From Bacteroidota bacterium (GTDB taxonomy: Bacteria > Bacteroidota > Ignavibacteria > Ignavibacteriales > Melioribacteraceae), in NCBI GenBank assembly GCA_040756515.1, contig JBFLYW010000001.1, positions 169,840 to 233,839 on the forward strand: 64,000 nucleotides of DNA, read 5' to 3'. Below, piece by piece: positions 8,412 to 20,975 of this stretch. Each line of letters starts with the position of its first letter. The stretch's first letter is position 1. The translations under genes were made by a program, and so were the position numbers. The notes under the pieces were generated by a model. That model ran no database searches. It had not been told where the DNA came from and saw only the letters and a program-made list of their open reading frames with translations.

Positions 8412-9641
8412 TTATGTATGCTGTTTTCTATTACGATAAATATTTAGAACTATACCAATCATTATCATATTAACAACTAAAGAACTTCCGCCGTAACTTA
8501 AGAATGGAAGAGGAAGCCCTACAACAGGAGTAACCCCAACATTCATTCCGATATTAATAGCAAAGTGACTGAACATAAGACTAAGTATTCCTACAATTAT
8601 TAGAACACTAAACTGATCCTTTGCAATTCCAGAAATATTAAGCAGACGTATAAATAAAACTAAGAATAGGATCAGTACCAAAATGCTTCCAATAAAACCG
8701 AATTCTTCTCCAATTACACAATAAATAAAGTCGGTCCATTGCTGCGGAATAAAACGGAGCTGAGTTTGATTGCCCTGTAAAAATCCTTTACCGGTTAATC
8801 CGCCGGAACCGATGGCTAATTTAGCCTGAAGTGCATTGTAACCTGAGCCAAGCGGATCCATTGATGGGTCTAGAAAAGATTCAATCCTCTTCTGCTGATG
8901 CGGTCTTAATATCTTGAATGCATAATCGAAAAAGAAGCTTGAACCAAGATTAATCACAAATACGGTAACACTGTTAAATAGATCCCTCTTAAATAAAAAC
9001 AGCGCGATAATTACAAATACGAGCGACAATAAAAAATAAACTGTGCCTAAAAGAGATGCTATAACAACTACACTTGGCGATAATACAACAAATAATCCGA
9101 ACAAACTGATTCCGCTCCAATATATTAAAGTGAGTGTTATAACAATAAATACAATTGCTGTACCTGTATCTGGTTCAAGCATAATTAAACCGATTGGAAG
9201 CAGCCCGATTAATAGCGCAATTCCAATATCCTTAATATTATTTATATCTCTGTTTTTATAAGTCAACCAATTTGCAAGGCATAGAATTAAAGCTACCTTT
9301 GCAAATTCCGAGGGCTGAAAACCAAAAGGTCCAAAATTCAACCAACTCTTAGAACCATATACTGTTTTACCCGCAATAAGAACCAGTACAAGAAGCAGAA
9401 TTGAAACAACATAAACAGGAATTGAAAACATCTTAAATAATTGTTGAGGTAATGAATAGACAACAAAAAAAGCTATTAATGCAACTATTGCTGAATAAAC
9501 TTGCTTTTCAAAATTACCGCTTGCAGTAGGGTGATTTACCGTTGCACTATAGATTGCAATAAGTCCAATTATTGTTAACAAAAGAACAGGGAGAAAAATC
9601 GACAGATCAAATTTATCTTGCAGCTTATAATTAATTTGCAA
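8412..9641 (-). CDS. rodA: Peptidoglycan glycosyltransferase RodA (FtsW/RodA/SpoVE family)
   Basis: 409 aa polytopic membrane protein with SEFAK, PDTGTA and a C-terminal [13 protein letters not shown] motif. It lies directly downstream of mrdA and overlaps it by 11 nt. Confidence 0.85.
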   Translation of the reverse strand: MQINYKLQDKFDLSIFLPVLLLTIIGLIAIYSATVNHPTASGNFEKQVYSAIVALIAFFVVYSLPQQLFKMFSIPVYVVSILLLVLVLIAGKTVYGSKSWLNFGPFGFQPSEFAKVALILCLANWLTYKNRDINNIKDIGIALLIGLLPIGLIMLEPDTGTAIVFIVITLTLIYWSGISLFGLFVVLSPSVVVIASLLGTVYFLLSLVFVIIALFLFKRDLFNSVTVFVINLGSSFFFDYAFKILRPHQQKRIESFLDPSMDPLGSGYNALQAKLAIGSGGLTGKGFLQGNQTQLRFIPQQWTDFIYCVIGEEFGFIGSILVLILFLVLFIRLLNISGIAKDQFSVLIIVGILSLMFSHFAINIGMNVGVTPVVGLPLPFLSYGGSSLVVNMIMIGIVLNIYRNRKQHT

Positions 9642-11451
9642 AGTGCTCCCTCTCCTGGTTCTTTAAAGAACTTATGTAATCATTTTTCTGCACAGTATTA
9701 TTCTTTTGGAGATAAGCTTTAATAACATCTTTGGCAATAGGAGCAGCATGAACACTGCCAAAACCTGCATTTTCCACAATTACTGCAATTGCAATCTTGG
9801 GATTCTCATACGGAGCAAACCCAATAAATACTGCATGATCCTCTCCGTGAGGATTTTGAGAAGTACCCGTTTTACCGGCAATATTTATATCCGGCAGACG
9901 AATATTACCAGCTGTTCCGGCTCCGTTTACTACTTTAAACATTGCATACCGAACTACGTCAAAGGATTTTGAACTTACATTAATGTCATAGTTTTTTGGT
10001 TTTACTTCAACATACTTACCGGTTGATGTTTCAATGTAACCTTTTAAGAAGTGAGGAATAGCAGATTTACCGTAATTAGCAAACAATGCAGCATACTGAG
10101 CAAGTTGAAGAGGAGTAACACTTAACTCACCCTGTCCAATTCCAAGACTAACAAGAATACCTTTTGGCCATCTATCAGTACCAAAAGTTTTATCGTAATA
10201 CTTCTTTGTGGGTAGAATTCCCGGACTTTCTTCAGGAATATCGATACTGGCTTTTCTGCCGAATCCAAATCTGCTTGAATATTCTGCCCATTTATCAAGA
10301 CCAATTTTTAAGATGAGTTGATAGAAAAATGTATTGCAGGATTTTTCTATAGCTGTTGTAACATTAACACTGCCGTGTACATGCAGACACTTAAAAAAGC
10401 GGTCGCCAAACTGAAACCCTCCGCCACATCTTACTCTATAATTCGTATCAATAATTCCTTCTTCAAGAGCTGTTAGAGCCGATAGCATTTTGAATGTTGA
10501 GCCGGGCGAATAAATTGACATTGTTGCACGGTTGAACATTGGTTTGTTTTCATCAGTATTCAACTTATTCCAGATTTCATTTGATGTTACCGAGGCAAAA
10601 TCCTGCAAATTAAATTCCGGTGCACTTACAAATGCCAATATTTCTCCTGTAGAAGGTTCAATTGCAACGAGAGCGCCGCGGTTATTTTTAAAGGCTCTTT
10701 CTGCAACCATTTGTGCATCTTTATCAATCGATAATACCAAGTCATAACCTTTAACAGCACTCTTGTCATCTTCGCCGTTTTTATATTTTCCAATCGTCTT
10801 TTGATGCGAATCCACCAGAACATACTCAATTCCTTTCTGCCCTTTCAAAATATCTTCATAGGTTTTTTCAACTCCGCTGAATCCAATTTCATCTCCCATC
10901 AAATATTCATTGCGTCTTTTAAGTAATAACCCTGAAGGAATTTCTTTAGTGTAACCGAACATGTGAGAACCCATTACGCCAAAAGAATAATCTCTTTGTG
11001 TTTCAATTACATAATCGACGCCGGAAAGTTTAGATGAATTTTCTTCATACCAGGCAATAACTTTGAAGTTTACATCCTTAGCAATTCTTCTGGGAATATA
11101 TTTAGATAGTTGTTCGTTCTGTTTTAAGATCCTTGTTATGTAACCATCAGATACACCTAAAATTGCTTCCAGATAAGGTGTTAACTTATTATCATAATCT
11201 GCCGGTGTAATTCTTAGAGTAAAAGATGGTTTATTGCCCACAATAACCTGGTAATTTCTATCGAAGAAAACTCCTCTGGGTGCTGTTTGGTAAATTGGTT
11301 TTACACTATTCTCTTCGGCTTTAGAAGAATAGACCGGCTGCTCAAGAATCTGCATATAAAAAAGACGCAAGAAAATGAGCGAGACAAATAAAATTATGCA
11401 AATGAAAAAAAATCTTTTTCTAACTATCGAACCGAAATTTGTGTCATTCAT
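9631..11451 (-). CDS. mrdA: Penicillin-binding protein 2 (elongasome transpeptidase)
   Basis: 606 aa. N-terminal TM segment and transpeptidase motifs SPGSTFK, SCN and KTGTSQ. Located between mreD and rodA. Confidence 0.9.
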   Translation of the reverse strand: MNDTNFGSIVRKRFFFICIILFVSLIFLRLFYMQILEQPVYSSKAEENSVKPIYQTAPRGVFFDRNYQVIVGNKPSFTLRITPADYDNKLTPYLEAILGVSDGYITRILKQNEQLSKYIPRRIAKDVNFKVIAWYEENSSKLSGVDYVIETQRDYSFGVMGSHMFGYTKEIPSGLLLKRRNEYLMGDEIGFSGVEKTYEDILKGQKGIEYVLVDSHQKTIGKYKNGEDDKSAVKGYDLVLSIDKDAQMVAERAFKNNRGALVAIEPSTGEILAFVSAPEFNLQDFASVTSNEIWNKLNTDENKPMFNRATMSIYSPGSTFKMLSALTALEEGIIDTNYRVRCGGGFQFGDRFFKCLHVHGSVNVTTAIEKSCNTFFYQLILKIGLDKWAEYSSRFGFGRKASIDIPEESPGILPTKKYYDKTFGTDRWPKGILVSLGIGQGELSVTPLQLAQYAALFANYGKSAIPHFLKGYIETSTGKYVEVKPKNYDINVSSKSFDVVRYAMFKVVNGAGTAGNIRLPDINIAGKTGTSQNPHGEDHAVFIGFAPYENPKIAIAVIVENAGFGSVHAAPIAKDVIKAYLQKNNTVQKNDYISSLKNQEREHFAN

Positions 11452-11936
11452 ACTATCCCCTTTTTCGGTTTGAAAATGATTACTGTTAAACCAAGCAATG
11501 ATGTATATAAACCGGGTAAAATTCCAATGTAAAGAAAAAGTCTAATCAAACTAATGTCAGAATTAGAGTTACTAATTCCAGAATAAATAAAAGAATTAAT
11601 TGTGCCGCACAAAAATAAAATTAATATAAAAAGAAGTGAAGCCGTGTTAATATCAATTTTATTCTGGTTATAAAAGTAACCGGCAAGGAATGCAGAAATT
11701 GTAAAAGAGAGCATTGATGCGCCAAGTAATCCGCCGGAAATTAAATCAAATATAAATCCAAAGATAAAACCAATTAACATTCCGAATATTTGTCCGTTAA
11801 TCAAAGTATAATAAACAATTAGTATCAAAATCAGATTAGGAGAAATATCGTAAACAGAAATAAGCGGAACAACAGCCAGTTGGAAGACAGAGAGCGGAAT
11901 AAAAAATAAAATTGGTTTTAGATAGTTCCAGTTCAT
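11448..11936 (-). CDS. mreD: Rod shape-determining protein MreD
   Basis: 162-aa multi-TM protein immediately after mreC. Its stop overlaps the mrdA start (ATGA). The call rests mostly on position and size. Confidence 0.7.
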   Translation of the reverse strand: MNWNYLKPILFFIPLSVFQLAVVPLISVYDISPNLILILIVYYTLINGQIFGMLIGFIFGFIFDLISGGLLGASMLSFTISAFLAGYFYNQNKIDINTASLLFILILFLCGTINSFIYSGISNSNSDISLIRLFLYIGILPGLYTSLLGLTVIIFKPKKGIV

Positions 11937-12764
11937 TTATTTCATCAAATTCATTTCTAGGTGATTTATTTGCTTACTTGGTACAATCGTTAAAATGAAC
12001 AGGCTGCTGGCAGAGCGGATATCTGCATACGGTTTAACATAAATTGTATGAAGTAAACCCAGAGCTAATGATTCTTTCTTATCAATAACACCAACAGGAA
12101 TATTCGGCGGAAGTAATGTACTGAAATCTGATGTTTCCACTCTTTCTCCCACATTTATCTCATAAGTAGTCGGAATATTTTTTATGATCAATTCCTTTCC
12201 GTTCCAGCTTAAAACTCCATCAACATTTACGTTTTGAACAGTAGCCGCAATATTCAACGAACTGTTATACAATGTTTTAGTAACCGAAAAGTTTTCTGTT
12301 ACATCAGAAATAATCCCTACCAGCCCATCTGGACTAACAACCGGCATACCAACCCGAACACCATTCTTAAAACCTTTATTCAAAATAAAACTACCTCGAA
12401 TTTTATTAACAAGTTTCGATATTACATCGGCAGCAATAAGGTTATATTGGCTTGTATCAGTAATAGAAAGCATAGCTCTAAGATTTCTATTTTCTATTCC
12501 TTGTTTGCGAAGCCTGTTTATCTCGAGCATTAATCTTGCATTTTCTTCTTTCAATTGATCATAAGAAGAATCTGTTTTAAAAATTCCTGTAAAATAATTG
12601 ATGAAGTTATTTACTACTGCAAAACTTCCGAAGGCAAATGCTCGTATTCTTTTTATTTCAGGTTTGTCGTTGCGAGAGAGTAAAGCTAAACTGATTACAA
12701 TAAGTATGACAAGTAGAAAATATTCCTTGAATTGAGATATGAAACGTCGAAAAAAATTTGACAT
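11937..12764 (-). CDS. mreC: Rod shape-determining protein MreC
   Basis: 275 aa. N-terminal TM segment, a coiled-coil (QLKEENARLMLEINRLRKQ) and a beta-rich C-terminal domain (GMPVVSPDGLVGII). Directly follows mreB. Confidence 0.85.
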   Translation of the reverse strand: MSNFFRRFISQFKEYFLLVILIVISLALLSRNDKPEIKRIRAFAFGSFAVVNNFINYFTGIFKTDSSYDQLKEENARLMLEINRLRKQGIENRNLRAMLSITDTSQYNLIAADVISKLVNKIRGSFILNKGFKNGVRVGMPVVSPDGLVGIISDVTENFSVTKTLYNSSLNIAATVQNVNVDGVLSWNGKELIIKNIPTTYEINVGERVETSDFSTLLPPNIPVGVIDKKESLALGLLHTIYVKPYADIRSASSLFILTIVPSKQINHLEMNLMK

Positions 12765-13789
12765 TAGTAAGTTCTTTTACGAATAAACACCTTTGAATAC
12801 TTATTTAGATTTTCAATTGCTTTACCGGCTCCACGAACTACAGCGGTTAAGGGATCGTCGGCTACATGCACAGGAAGATTGGTTTCCATCCTAATTCTTT
12901 CATCAAGCCCTTTTAACAAAGCACCGCCGCCGGTAACCATAACACCCCGGTCTAGTATATCTGCCGAAAGTTCAGGTGGAGTTCTTTCAAGCGTTTGTCT
13001 AATAGCATCAATTATTTGTGCTACATTTTCATTTAATGCTTCACGGATTTCAACGGAGCTTACTTCGGCAGTTTTAGGAATACCGCCAACCAGGTCTCTT
13101 CCTTTTACTTGAATAGTAACTTCTTCTTTAAGCGGCACAGCAGAGCCGACTTCGCACTTAATAGCTTCGGCTGTTCTTTCACCAATTAACAGGTTATAAT
13201 TTTTCTTAAAAAACTGCATTATTGCATTATTCATTTCATCGCCGGCAATACGGATCGATTCTTCATTTACAATACCGGCTAATGCGATAACCGCAATTTC
13301 TGTTGTTCCTCCGCCAATATCAATAATCATATTGCCAACAGGGGCTTCAACATCAACACCTATTCCAATTGCCGCAGCCATTGGTTCTGCAATTAAGTGA
13401 ACTTCTTTTGCACCTGCATGCTCTGCAGCATCTCTAACAGCACGTTTTTCTACTTCCGTTACGCCGCTGGGAACAGCAATAACAATTCTTTTACTTGCAA
13501 ATGTATTTGGTGTAACACTTTTTATAAACGCTCTAATCATTCCTTCGGCTATTTCGAAATCTGCAATAACACCGTCGCGCATCGGTCTTGTTACTCTTAT
13601 TTCGCGATGCTCTCTGCCTTGCATTTCTTTTGCTTTATTACCTAACTCAATAATTCTCTTCGAATTCCTGTCAAATGCCACAATTGATGGTTCATTTAAC
13701 ACTATTCCTTTTCCTTTTATGTAAATTAGTGTGTTTGCTGTGCCAAGGTCGATTGCAACATCAGTCGAGAATAAATCAAAAAATCCCAT
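12764..13789 (-). CDS. mreB: Rod shape-determining actin homologue MreB
   Basis: 341 aa. DLGTANTLIY, NEPSIVA, DIGGGTTEIAV and VMVTGGGALLKGLD are classic MreB motifs. Confidence 0.95.
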   Translation of the reverse strand: MGFFDLFSTDVAIDLGTANTLIYIKGKGIVLNEPSIVAFDRNSKRIIELGNKAKEMQGREHREIRVTRPMRDGVIADFEIAEGMIRAFIKSVTPNTFASKRIVIAVPSGVTEVEKRAVRDAAEHAGAKEVHLIAEPMAAAIGIGVDVEAPVGNMIIDIGGGTTEIAVIALAGIVNEESIRIAGDEMNNAIMQFFKKNYNLLIGERTAEAIKCEVGSAVPLKEEVTIQVKGRDLVGGIPKTAEVSSVEIREALNENVAQIIDAIRQTLERTPPELSADILDRGVMVTGGGALLKGLDERIRMETNLPVHVADDPLTAVVRGAGKAIENLNKYSKVFIRKRTY

Positions 13790-13797
13790 TTTGCCTC

Positions 13798-15315
13798 TTA
13801 GTGTTTAAAGTTTCGTATACCGGTAAAAAACATTGAAATATTTTTTTCATTAGCAGCTTTAATTACTTCTTCATCTTTAATTGAACCGCCAGGTTGAATT
13901 ATTGCTGTTATTCCATGTGATGCTATTTCCAATATTCCATCTGGAAATGGGAAAAAAGCATCCGAAGCTGCAACTGCACCACTTAAATTGTGACCAAATT
14001 GTTTTGCCTTCTCGGCTCCAATTTTTGCAGAATCAATTCTTGAAGTCTGACCTGCTCCAACTCCTAAAATTTTTTTATTTTTTACAAAAACAACAGCGTT
14101 GGATTTTGTATGCTTGCAAATTGCCCACGCAAATTTTAGATCAGTAAGTTCATCTGGAGTTACTTCCCTTTCAGTTACAAGTCTAAGAGAAATTTCTGCA
14201 ATCTTAGAATTGTCTTTTGTTTGAACTAAAATTCCTCCTGGAATATTTTTTAATTGAAGTTCATCAGGAGAAGGGTACTTTTTTATTTTAATTATCCGTC
14301 GGTTCTTCTTCAATTGTAAAATCTGCAGTGCTTTTTCTGAGAATGAAGGAGCGCAGACAATTTCCAAGAAGATTTCATTCAGTTTTTCTGCTGTCTTTTG
14401 ATCTACCTCTTCATTAAAAGCAACAATACCGCCAAATGCTGAGACAGGATCTGATGAGTAAGCCAATTCAAAAGAATTAGCCGGATCATTTCCAGTAGAT
14501 GCACCACATGGATTTGTATGTTTTACAATTACACAGCTGTTCTTTTCCAAGTCCGAAATTATTTCTACTGAGGAGACTAAATCTACAATATTGTTGTATG
14601 ATAATTCTCTGCCGTGAAGTATTTCAAAGTAATCTGTAAAATTACCAAACAGATAAGCAGACTGATGCGGATTTTCACCGTACCTTAAATTAATTGATGA
14701 TTTGTAATTAATCCTAAATTCCGTTTTAGAATAGTGAAATTTATCTTCGAAGTAATTAGCGATTAATGTGTCGTAATAAGATGTATAAGCAAATGCATCA
14801 TAAGCTAAACTTCTTCTTGTAAGCAGGTCAACTTTTCCTTTTTTTAGCTGTTCGATAAAGCTATGATATTGATCGGGATTTGTTAAAATGGAAACATGTT
14901 CGTAATTTTTTGCCGCAGCACGTATTAAGCTTGGTCCGCCTATATCAATATTTTCAATTTTCTCTTCATGCGAAATATCGCTTCTGTTTACAACTTCCGG
15001 AAATGGATATAAGTTAACACAAACTATATCAATTGGAATAATATTGTGCGCACCGGCTTCTTTAATATCATTATCATTATTACGGCGCATCAATATCCCG
15101 CCCATTATTTTGGGGTTGAGGGTTTTAACACGTCCAGAAAATATTTCCGGAAAAGTAGTGAAGTCACTTATTTCAGTGCAATCAATTTTATTTTGGTTTA
15201 ATAATTTTGCAGTATTGCCCGTGGCTAATATTTCATAATCTAATTGGGTAAGTTCATTGGCAAACTCTATAATATTTCTTTTATCAGATACGCTTATTAA
15301 TGCCAGTTTTCTCAA
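13798..15315 (-). CDS. purH: Bifunctional AICAR transformylase / IMP cyclohydrolase
   Basis: 505 aa. ALISVSDK, GGILMRR, KHTNPCG, GQTSRIDS and the C-terminal RNFKH are typical of PurH. Confidence 0.95.
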   Translation of the reverse strand: MRKLALISVSDKRNIIEFANELTQLDYEILATGNTAKLLNQNKIDCTEISDFTTFPEIFSGRVKTLNPKIMGGILMRRNNDNDIKEAGAHNIIPIDIVCVNLYPFPEVVNRSDISHEEKIENIDIGGPSLIRAAAKNYEHVSILTNPDQYHSFIEQLKKGKVDLLTRRSLAYDAFAYTSYYDTLIANYFEDKFHYSKTEFRINYKSSINLRYGENPHQSAYLFGNFTDYFEILHGRELSYNNIVDLVSSVEIISDLEKNSCVIVKHTNPCGASTGNDPANSFELAYSSDPVSAFGGIVAFNEEVDQKTAEKLNEIFLEIVCAPSFSEKALQILQLKKNRRIIKIKKYPSPDELQLKNIPGGILVQTKDNSKIAEISLRLVTEREVTPDELTDLKFAWAICKHTKSNAVVFVKNKKILGVGAGQTSRIDSAKIGAEKAKQFGHNLSGAVAASDAFFPFPDGILEIASHGITAIIQPGGSIKDEEVIKAANEKNISMFFTGIRNFKH

Positions 15316-15329
15316 GTGATCTCCAAGCT

Positions 15330-15941
15330 TTAATCAAATACTTTAATAACCCCGCCGTCATAAATAATTTTATTATCACAAAACTTTTCAATTATAAAAG
15401 GAAGCAATTCATGTTCAATATGTAATACCAGTTCAGCAACTTCCTCCGGACTTTTTGCATTGCTAATATCAACAGATTTCTGGGCAATAATTCTACCGTT
15501 ATCGTAAATACTATCGACAAAATGAATTGTTGCGCCGGATAATTTTTCTTTAGCATCAAAAACAGCTTTGTGAACATTTAAACCATACATTCCCTTGCCG
15601 CCATATTTAGGAAGAAGTGCAGGATGGATGTTTATTATCATCCTATCAAAAGCTTCAACAAAATAATCCGGAATCTTTTTTAGAAAACCGGCTAACAAGA
15701 TTAAATCTATTTCAGATTTCCGGAATTGATCTATCAAGTAATGATAATCTACATAACTTTCCTTTATATTCTCGCTAACAAATAAAACAGGTATATTTTT
15801 TTCGTTAGCAAAATTTACAGCACCGCATTCAAGCTTATCGCTCACAATAAAACTAATTGCAAGTTTTTCTTTTGGAACCTTGGAATAAACTTGTTTAAGA
15901 TTCGAACCTCTACCGGAAACAAAAGCAGCAAGCTTTAACAT
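15330..15941 (-). CDS. purN: Phosphoribosylglycinamide formyltransferase
   Basis: 203 aa. SGRGSNL, INIHPALLPKYGG and GATIHFVD motifs. Adjacent to purH. Confidence 0.9.
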   Translation of the reverse strand: MLKLAAFVSGRGSNLKQVYSKVPKEKLAISFIVSDKLECGAVNFANEKNIPVLFVSENIKESYVDYHYLIDQFRKSEIDLILLAGFLKKIPDYFVEAFDRMIINIHPALLPKYGGKGMYGLNVHKAVFDAKEKLSGATIHFVDSIYDNGRIIAQKSVDISNAKSPEEVAELVLHIEHELLPFIIEKFCDNKIIYDGGVIKVFD

Positions 15942-16036
15942 ACTCTCTTAAAATTTGCGCAAAAAAATTATCTAAATCGGCATCAATAATCAATTAAACC
16001 AATGTAAATAATGCAAAAAAAAGATTATGAGCTGTT

Positions 16037-17536
16037 CTAAGATCTCTTCAGTTTCCTTTTAAGGTTTTCTATTAGAGCTTGGATAGAATCCTGAAATTCA
16101 AATTTGTTTTCTGATTCAGCTTTTAACAGAAAATCCTTCGCTTCGTTTCTTGCACCTACTCTCCAATTTGCTTTGGCTTGAATAAAGTAAGAGAAAGGAA
16201 TAGTCCACTTTTCAATTTTCGGTTTTAGAGATAAGATGTTTTCGGCAGCTTGAACTGATTCGGCGTATTTTTTGAGGTTGAATGCAGATTCACTTAAATA
16301 AGAAAGTGCTAATACTTTTTGATCGTTGTTTTCAATTAATGGTAAAATAACTTTTAGCGTATCGTAAGCACTTCTGTTTTTACTATATTCAATCAGGTTT
16401 TTCATTCTTATTAATTTAAGGTCTATTTCATCAATATCATTCTTTAGGAAATATTCGCTCTTAGTCATTGCATACGCATCTTCGTAAAGATCGGGATTAC
16501 CATCCGATGCTAAACCCATATATTTTTTATATTCTTCGTCGTTACCTAACATTTTATTGCTGATCGCAATGTTATATGCTGCTATACCTGTAAAATCCAA
16601 ATCCTTATAAAGGTCTAAGAACATTTCGTATTCTTTTATAGCAGACTTAAATTGGTTTTTTTTAAAATAGACTTCACCTTTTCTATAATGAGCTAATGCA
16701 GTAAGGTTAGGAAATCTTTTATTATTCAATCTTATTACCGTATTCAGCGGTTTAATAGCTTTATTAAGTTCTTTACCCTTTATTAAAGATACAGCAAATT
16801 GGTAGTGGAACAAAGTATTTTTGGGATACTTATTAATTATAGATTGGATATAGAAATATGCACTATCGTAATCTGCCAGATAATCAGTATAGATTTTTGA
16901 TAAATAAAAAGCAGCTTCAGTAGTTTCGAAAGTACCTTTATTAAACGCAGTTTTTATGTAACGCAATCCTCTTTCTTTATCCGAAGTTAATCCGGTTAAT
17001 TTAACAGCCCATTTTAAGAATTCAGGGACAAAACTTATCGCATAGTCAAAGAGACCTAGTCCAAGATAAGCATCATAAAATCTGGGATTTAACTGAATCG
17101 CTTGCTCAAAATAATTTACTGCATTTTTACTAGACCAAAAAGCATCAACAGAAGATTCGTTAACAGCATTTGCCATAGCTGTAAATAACGCAAGATTTCC
17201 GGCAAGATAGAGTATCTTAACATTTTTATCATCGTCATCCAGAATTTTATCGATTTTTTCCTGGGCTAATTCGGCAAATTTTGTAAATACTTGGTATTCA
17301 CCTTTGTCTTTTGATCCCATGTAGGTCCAGTAATACATCTGAGCAATTAAGTAGTAGCCATGAGGGTCTTCTGGATATAAATTAATAATCCGGTTATAAA
17401 TTTTTTCCGCACTATCTAAATCCATATTATAAGCTTTAGCATGACCTAAGTTAACTAACGACTGAAGACTTTGAGCATTTAACTGGTTTAGCACAGTAAT
17501 AAAGAGAAACGGAAAAATGTAAAGAATCTTTTTCAA
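16037..17536 (-). CDS. Secreted tetratricopeptide-repeat (TPR) protein
   Basis: 499 aa. N-terminal signal peptide (FLFITVLNQLNAQS) and repeated A..Y/F...A...P TPR-like heptads throughout. Function unknown. Confidence 0.65.
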   Translation of the reverse strand: MKKILYIFPFLFITVLNQLNAQSLQSLVNLGHAKAYNMDLDSAEKIYNRIINLYPEDPHGYYLIAQMYYWTYMGSKDKGEYQVFTKFAELAQEKIDKILDDDDKNVKILYLAGNLALFTAMANAVNESSVDAFWSSKNAVNYFEQAIQLNPRFYDAYLGLGLFDYAISFVPEFLKWAVKLTGLTSDKERGLRYIKTAFNKGTFETTEAAFYLSKIYTDYLADYDSAYFYIQSIINKYPKNTLFHYQFAVSLIKGKELNKAIKPLNTVIRLNNKRFPNLTALAHYRKGEVYFKKNQFKSAIKEYEMFLDLYKDLDFTGIAAYNIAISNKMLGNDEEYKKYMGLASDGNPDLYEDAYAMTKSEYFLKNDIDEIDLKLIRMKNLIEYSKNRSAYDTLKVILPLIENNDQKVLALSYLSESAFNLKKYAESVQAAENILSLKPKIEKWTIPFSYFIQAKANWRVGARNEAKDFLLKAESENKFEFQDSIQALIENLKRKLKRS

Positions 17537-17538
17537 TT

Positions 17539-19170
<1,632 letters not shown>

Positions 19171-19410
19171 TCAATTTTTGGATAGAAAATGTTGGAATCA
19201 AAAATAAAAAAAAATCCCGATATGTCTATCAAATTCTGCAAACCACTTGAAAATTTTTTTCAATAAAATTTCAACATCTCTTTCTTAGGAAATTTCGATA
19301 TAATAAGTCTTTCTTTATTTCTATGATGCAGTTAAAACGGAAAAAGAGGCTGGCTCAGAGGTAATTGTTCAATTTAAGAATCAGCTTTAATCCGTTTAAT
19401 CCCGATCTTT

Positions 19411-19533
19411 CCCGCCGTTTGCTGGCGGATTTATCCGCCATCTTTTTGGTGGACCTGTCCGCCGTCATTTTGGCGGACCTGTCCGCCGTCTTTTTGGCGG
19501 ACCTGTCCGCCGTCTTTTTGGCGGATTATCCGT
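19411..19533. repeat. Tandem array (~5 units) of a 24-bp palindrome-containing unit GGCGGACCTGTCCGCCGTCTTTTT
   Basis: Read directly: ...GGCGGATTTATCCGCCATCTTTTTGGTGGACCTGTCCGCCGTCATTTTGGCGGACCTGTCCGCCGTCTTTTTGGCGGACCTGTCCGCCGTCTTTTTGGCGGATTATCCG... The period is 24 bp. Each unit is a 6-bp GC stem with a 4-nt loop followed by a T-run on the + strand. Confidence 0.9.
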
Positions 19534-19600
19534 GTGCTATCCTATAAAAAGAAATACTTCTGATACAGACTCTTTTTCTAAAACCAGTTCAAAAAACTAT

Positions 19601-20905
19601 CTACTTCTTGCCAAAGGCAGCTTCTTCCAGCATAGCGGTTGTTAATGATTTTGGTCGTTCAATCGGATAACCTAAAGCTCTCGCCCAAATAATATTACTG
19701 CATACTCCAAAAGCTCTTCCGATACCAAAAAGAACCGTGTAGAATTCGTATTCCTTCACATTATAATACCATTGAATCACACCAGATTGAGCATCAACAT
19801 TGGGCCATGGATTTTTTGCTTTACCCTGTTCAAGTAATATTGGCGGAACCACCTTGAAAAGTAGATCGACATACTTAAATAAAGTATCATCAGGAAGATA
19901 TTTCAAGCAGAATTCTCTTTGAGCCATATAACGAGGATCAGTTTTTCTTAGAACAGCATGACCATAACCCGGTATAACGCCCGTCTTCAGTGTTTCATAA
20001 ACAAAGTTTTTCATTTCTTCTTCTGTAGGAACTTTACCGCCCATTTTTTCCATAACGCCGTGGAGCCATCTTAAAACTTCTTCGTTTGCTAAACCATGCA
20101 GTGGACCCGCTAATCCATTCAACATCGAACTTATTGCATAATAAATATCCGATAATGCACTTGCAACTAAATGACCGGTATGAGCACTAACGTTTCCGCT
20201 TTCATGATCGCTATGCAAAATAAAATACATTCTTGCTACTTCATCATACGGTTTTCCAATTCCCAACATATGAGCAAAGTTACCGCCAAAATCAAGAGTT
20301 GGATCCGGAGGAATAATATTACCATTTCTATATTTAAGGCGATAAATGAAAGCTGCAATTTCAGGTAACTTTGCAAGAAGATTCATTGCGTCTTCATAAT
20401 AATATTCCCAGTAAACATTTTTCTTTACACCTTCATGATATTTTTTGACAAATAAGGAATCCTTATTCATTGAAAGAATTGCTGCAGAAAACATTGTCAT
20501 AGGATGAGAATCTGCCGGCATCGCTTTCAAGATATTGAAAACATAATCGGGTACTTGCCTTCTCGAGTTAAATTCCAGTTTAACTTCTTCAACTTCTTTA
20601 TCTGTAGGGATATCACCGGTTAAAAGAAAATAAAAGAATCCTTCTACCATCGGCATTTCATTACCGGTTTCTTTGGGTAATTTTTCAAATACTTCAGGAA
20701 TTGTAAGACCTCTAAAACGAATTCCTTCAAATGGATCGAGATATGAAATGTCTGTTACTAAGCTTTTAATATCTCTCATACCGCCGATAATTTGACCGAT
20801 ATTTACTTCGTCAATTTTTACATTCGAATACTCTTTTAGTAGTTTTTCAGTCCTTGGTTTTTCGACGAGAATTTTTTCTTGGAGTTTTTGTTTTAATCCG
20901 GACAT
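19601..20905 (-). CDS. gltA: Citrate synthase
   Basis: 434 aa. HSDHESGNVSAHT, GPLHGLANE and GYGHAVLR motifs containing the catalytic His residues. Confidence 0.9.
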   Translation of the reverse strand: MSGLKQKLQEKILVEKPRTEKLLKEYSNVKIDEVNIGQIIGGMRDIKSLVTDISYLDPFEGIRFRGLTIPEVFEKLPKETGNEMPMVEGFFYFLLTGDIPTDKEVEEVKLEFNSRRQVPDYVFNILKAMPADSHPMTMFSAAILSMNKDSLFVKKYHEGVKKNVYWEYYYEDAMNLLAKLPEIAAFIYRLKYRNGNIIPPDPTLDFGGNFAHMLGIGKPYDEVARMYFILHSDHESGNVSAHTGHLVASALSDIYYAISSMLNGLAGPLHGLANEEVLRWLHGVMEKMGGKVPTEEEMKNFVYETLKTGVIPGYGHAVLRKTDPRYMAQREFCLKYLPDDTLFKYVDLLFKVVPPILLEQGKAKNPWPNVDAQSGVIQWYYNVKEYEFYTVLFGIGRAFGVCSNIIWARALGYPIERPKSLTTAMLEEAAFGKK

Positions 20906-20975
20906 AATTCCTCCGTGATAATTTGAATTAGTTTTGTTTATTTATATTCCGGTGTTTGCAGGTGTCCGACTTAAA

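Noticed and set aside
19411-19533. Possible CRISPR array, considered here and also for 42429..42815 and 59731..60160
   Set aside because: The 24-bp units are directly abutting with no spacers. In the palindrome clusters the conserved pieces are 11-14 bp with irregular spacing and both orientations. No cas genes are in the window.
19365-19547. 60-aa ORF translating to repeated LADLSAVF units
   Set aside because: It is simply the translation of the 24-bp tandem hairpin array. There is no start context, and the periodic peptide is an artefact of the DNA repeat.
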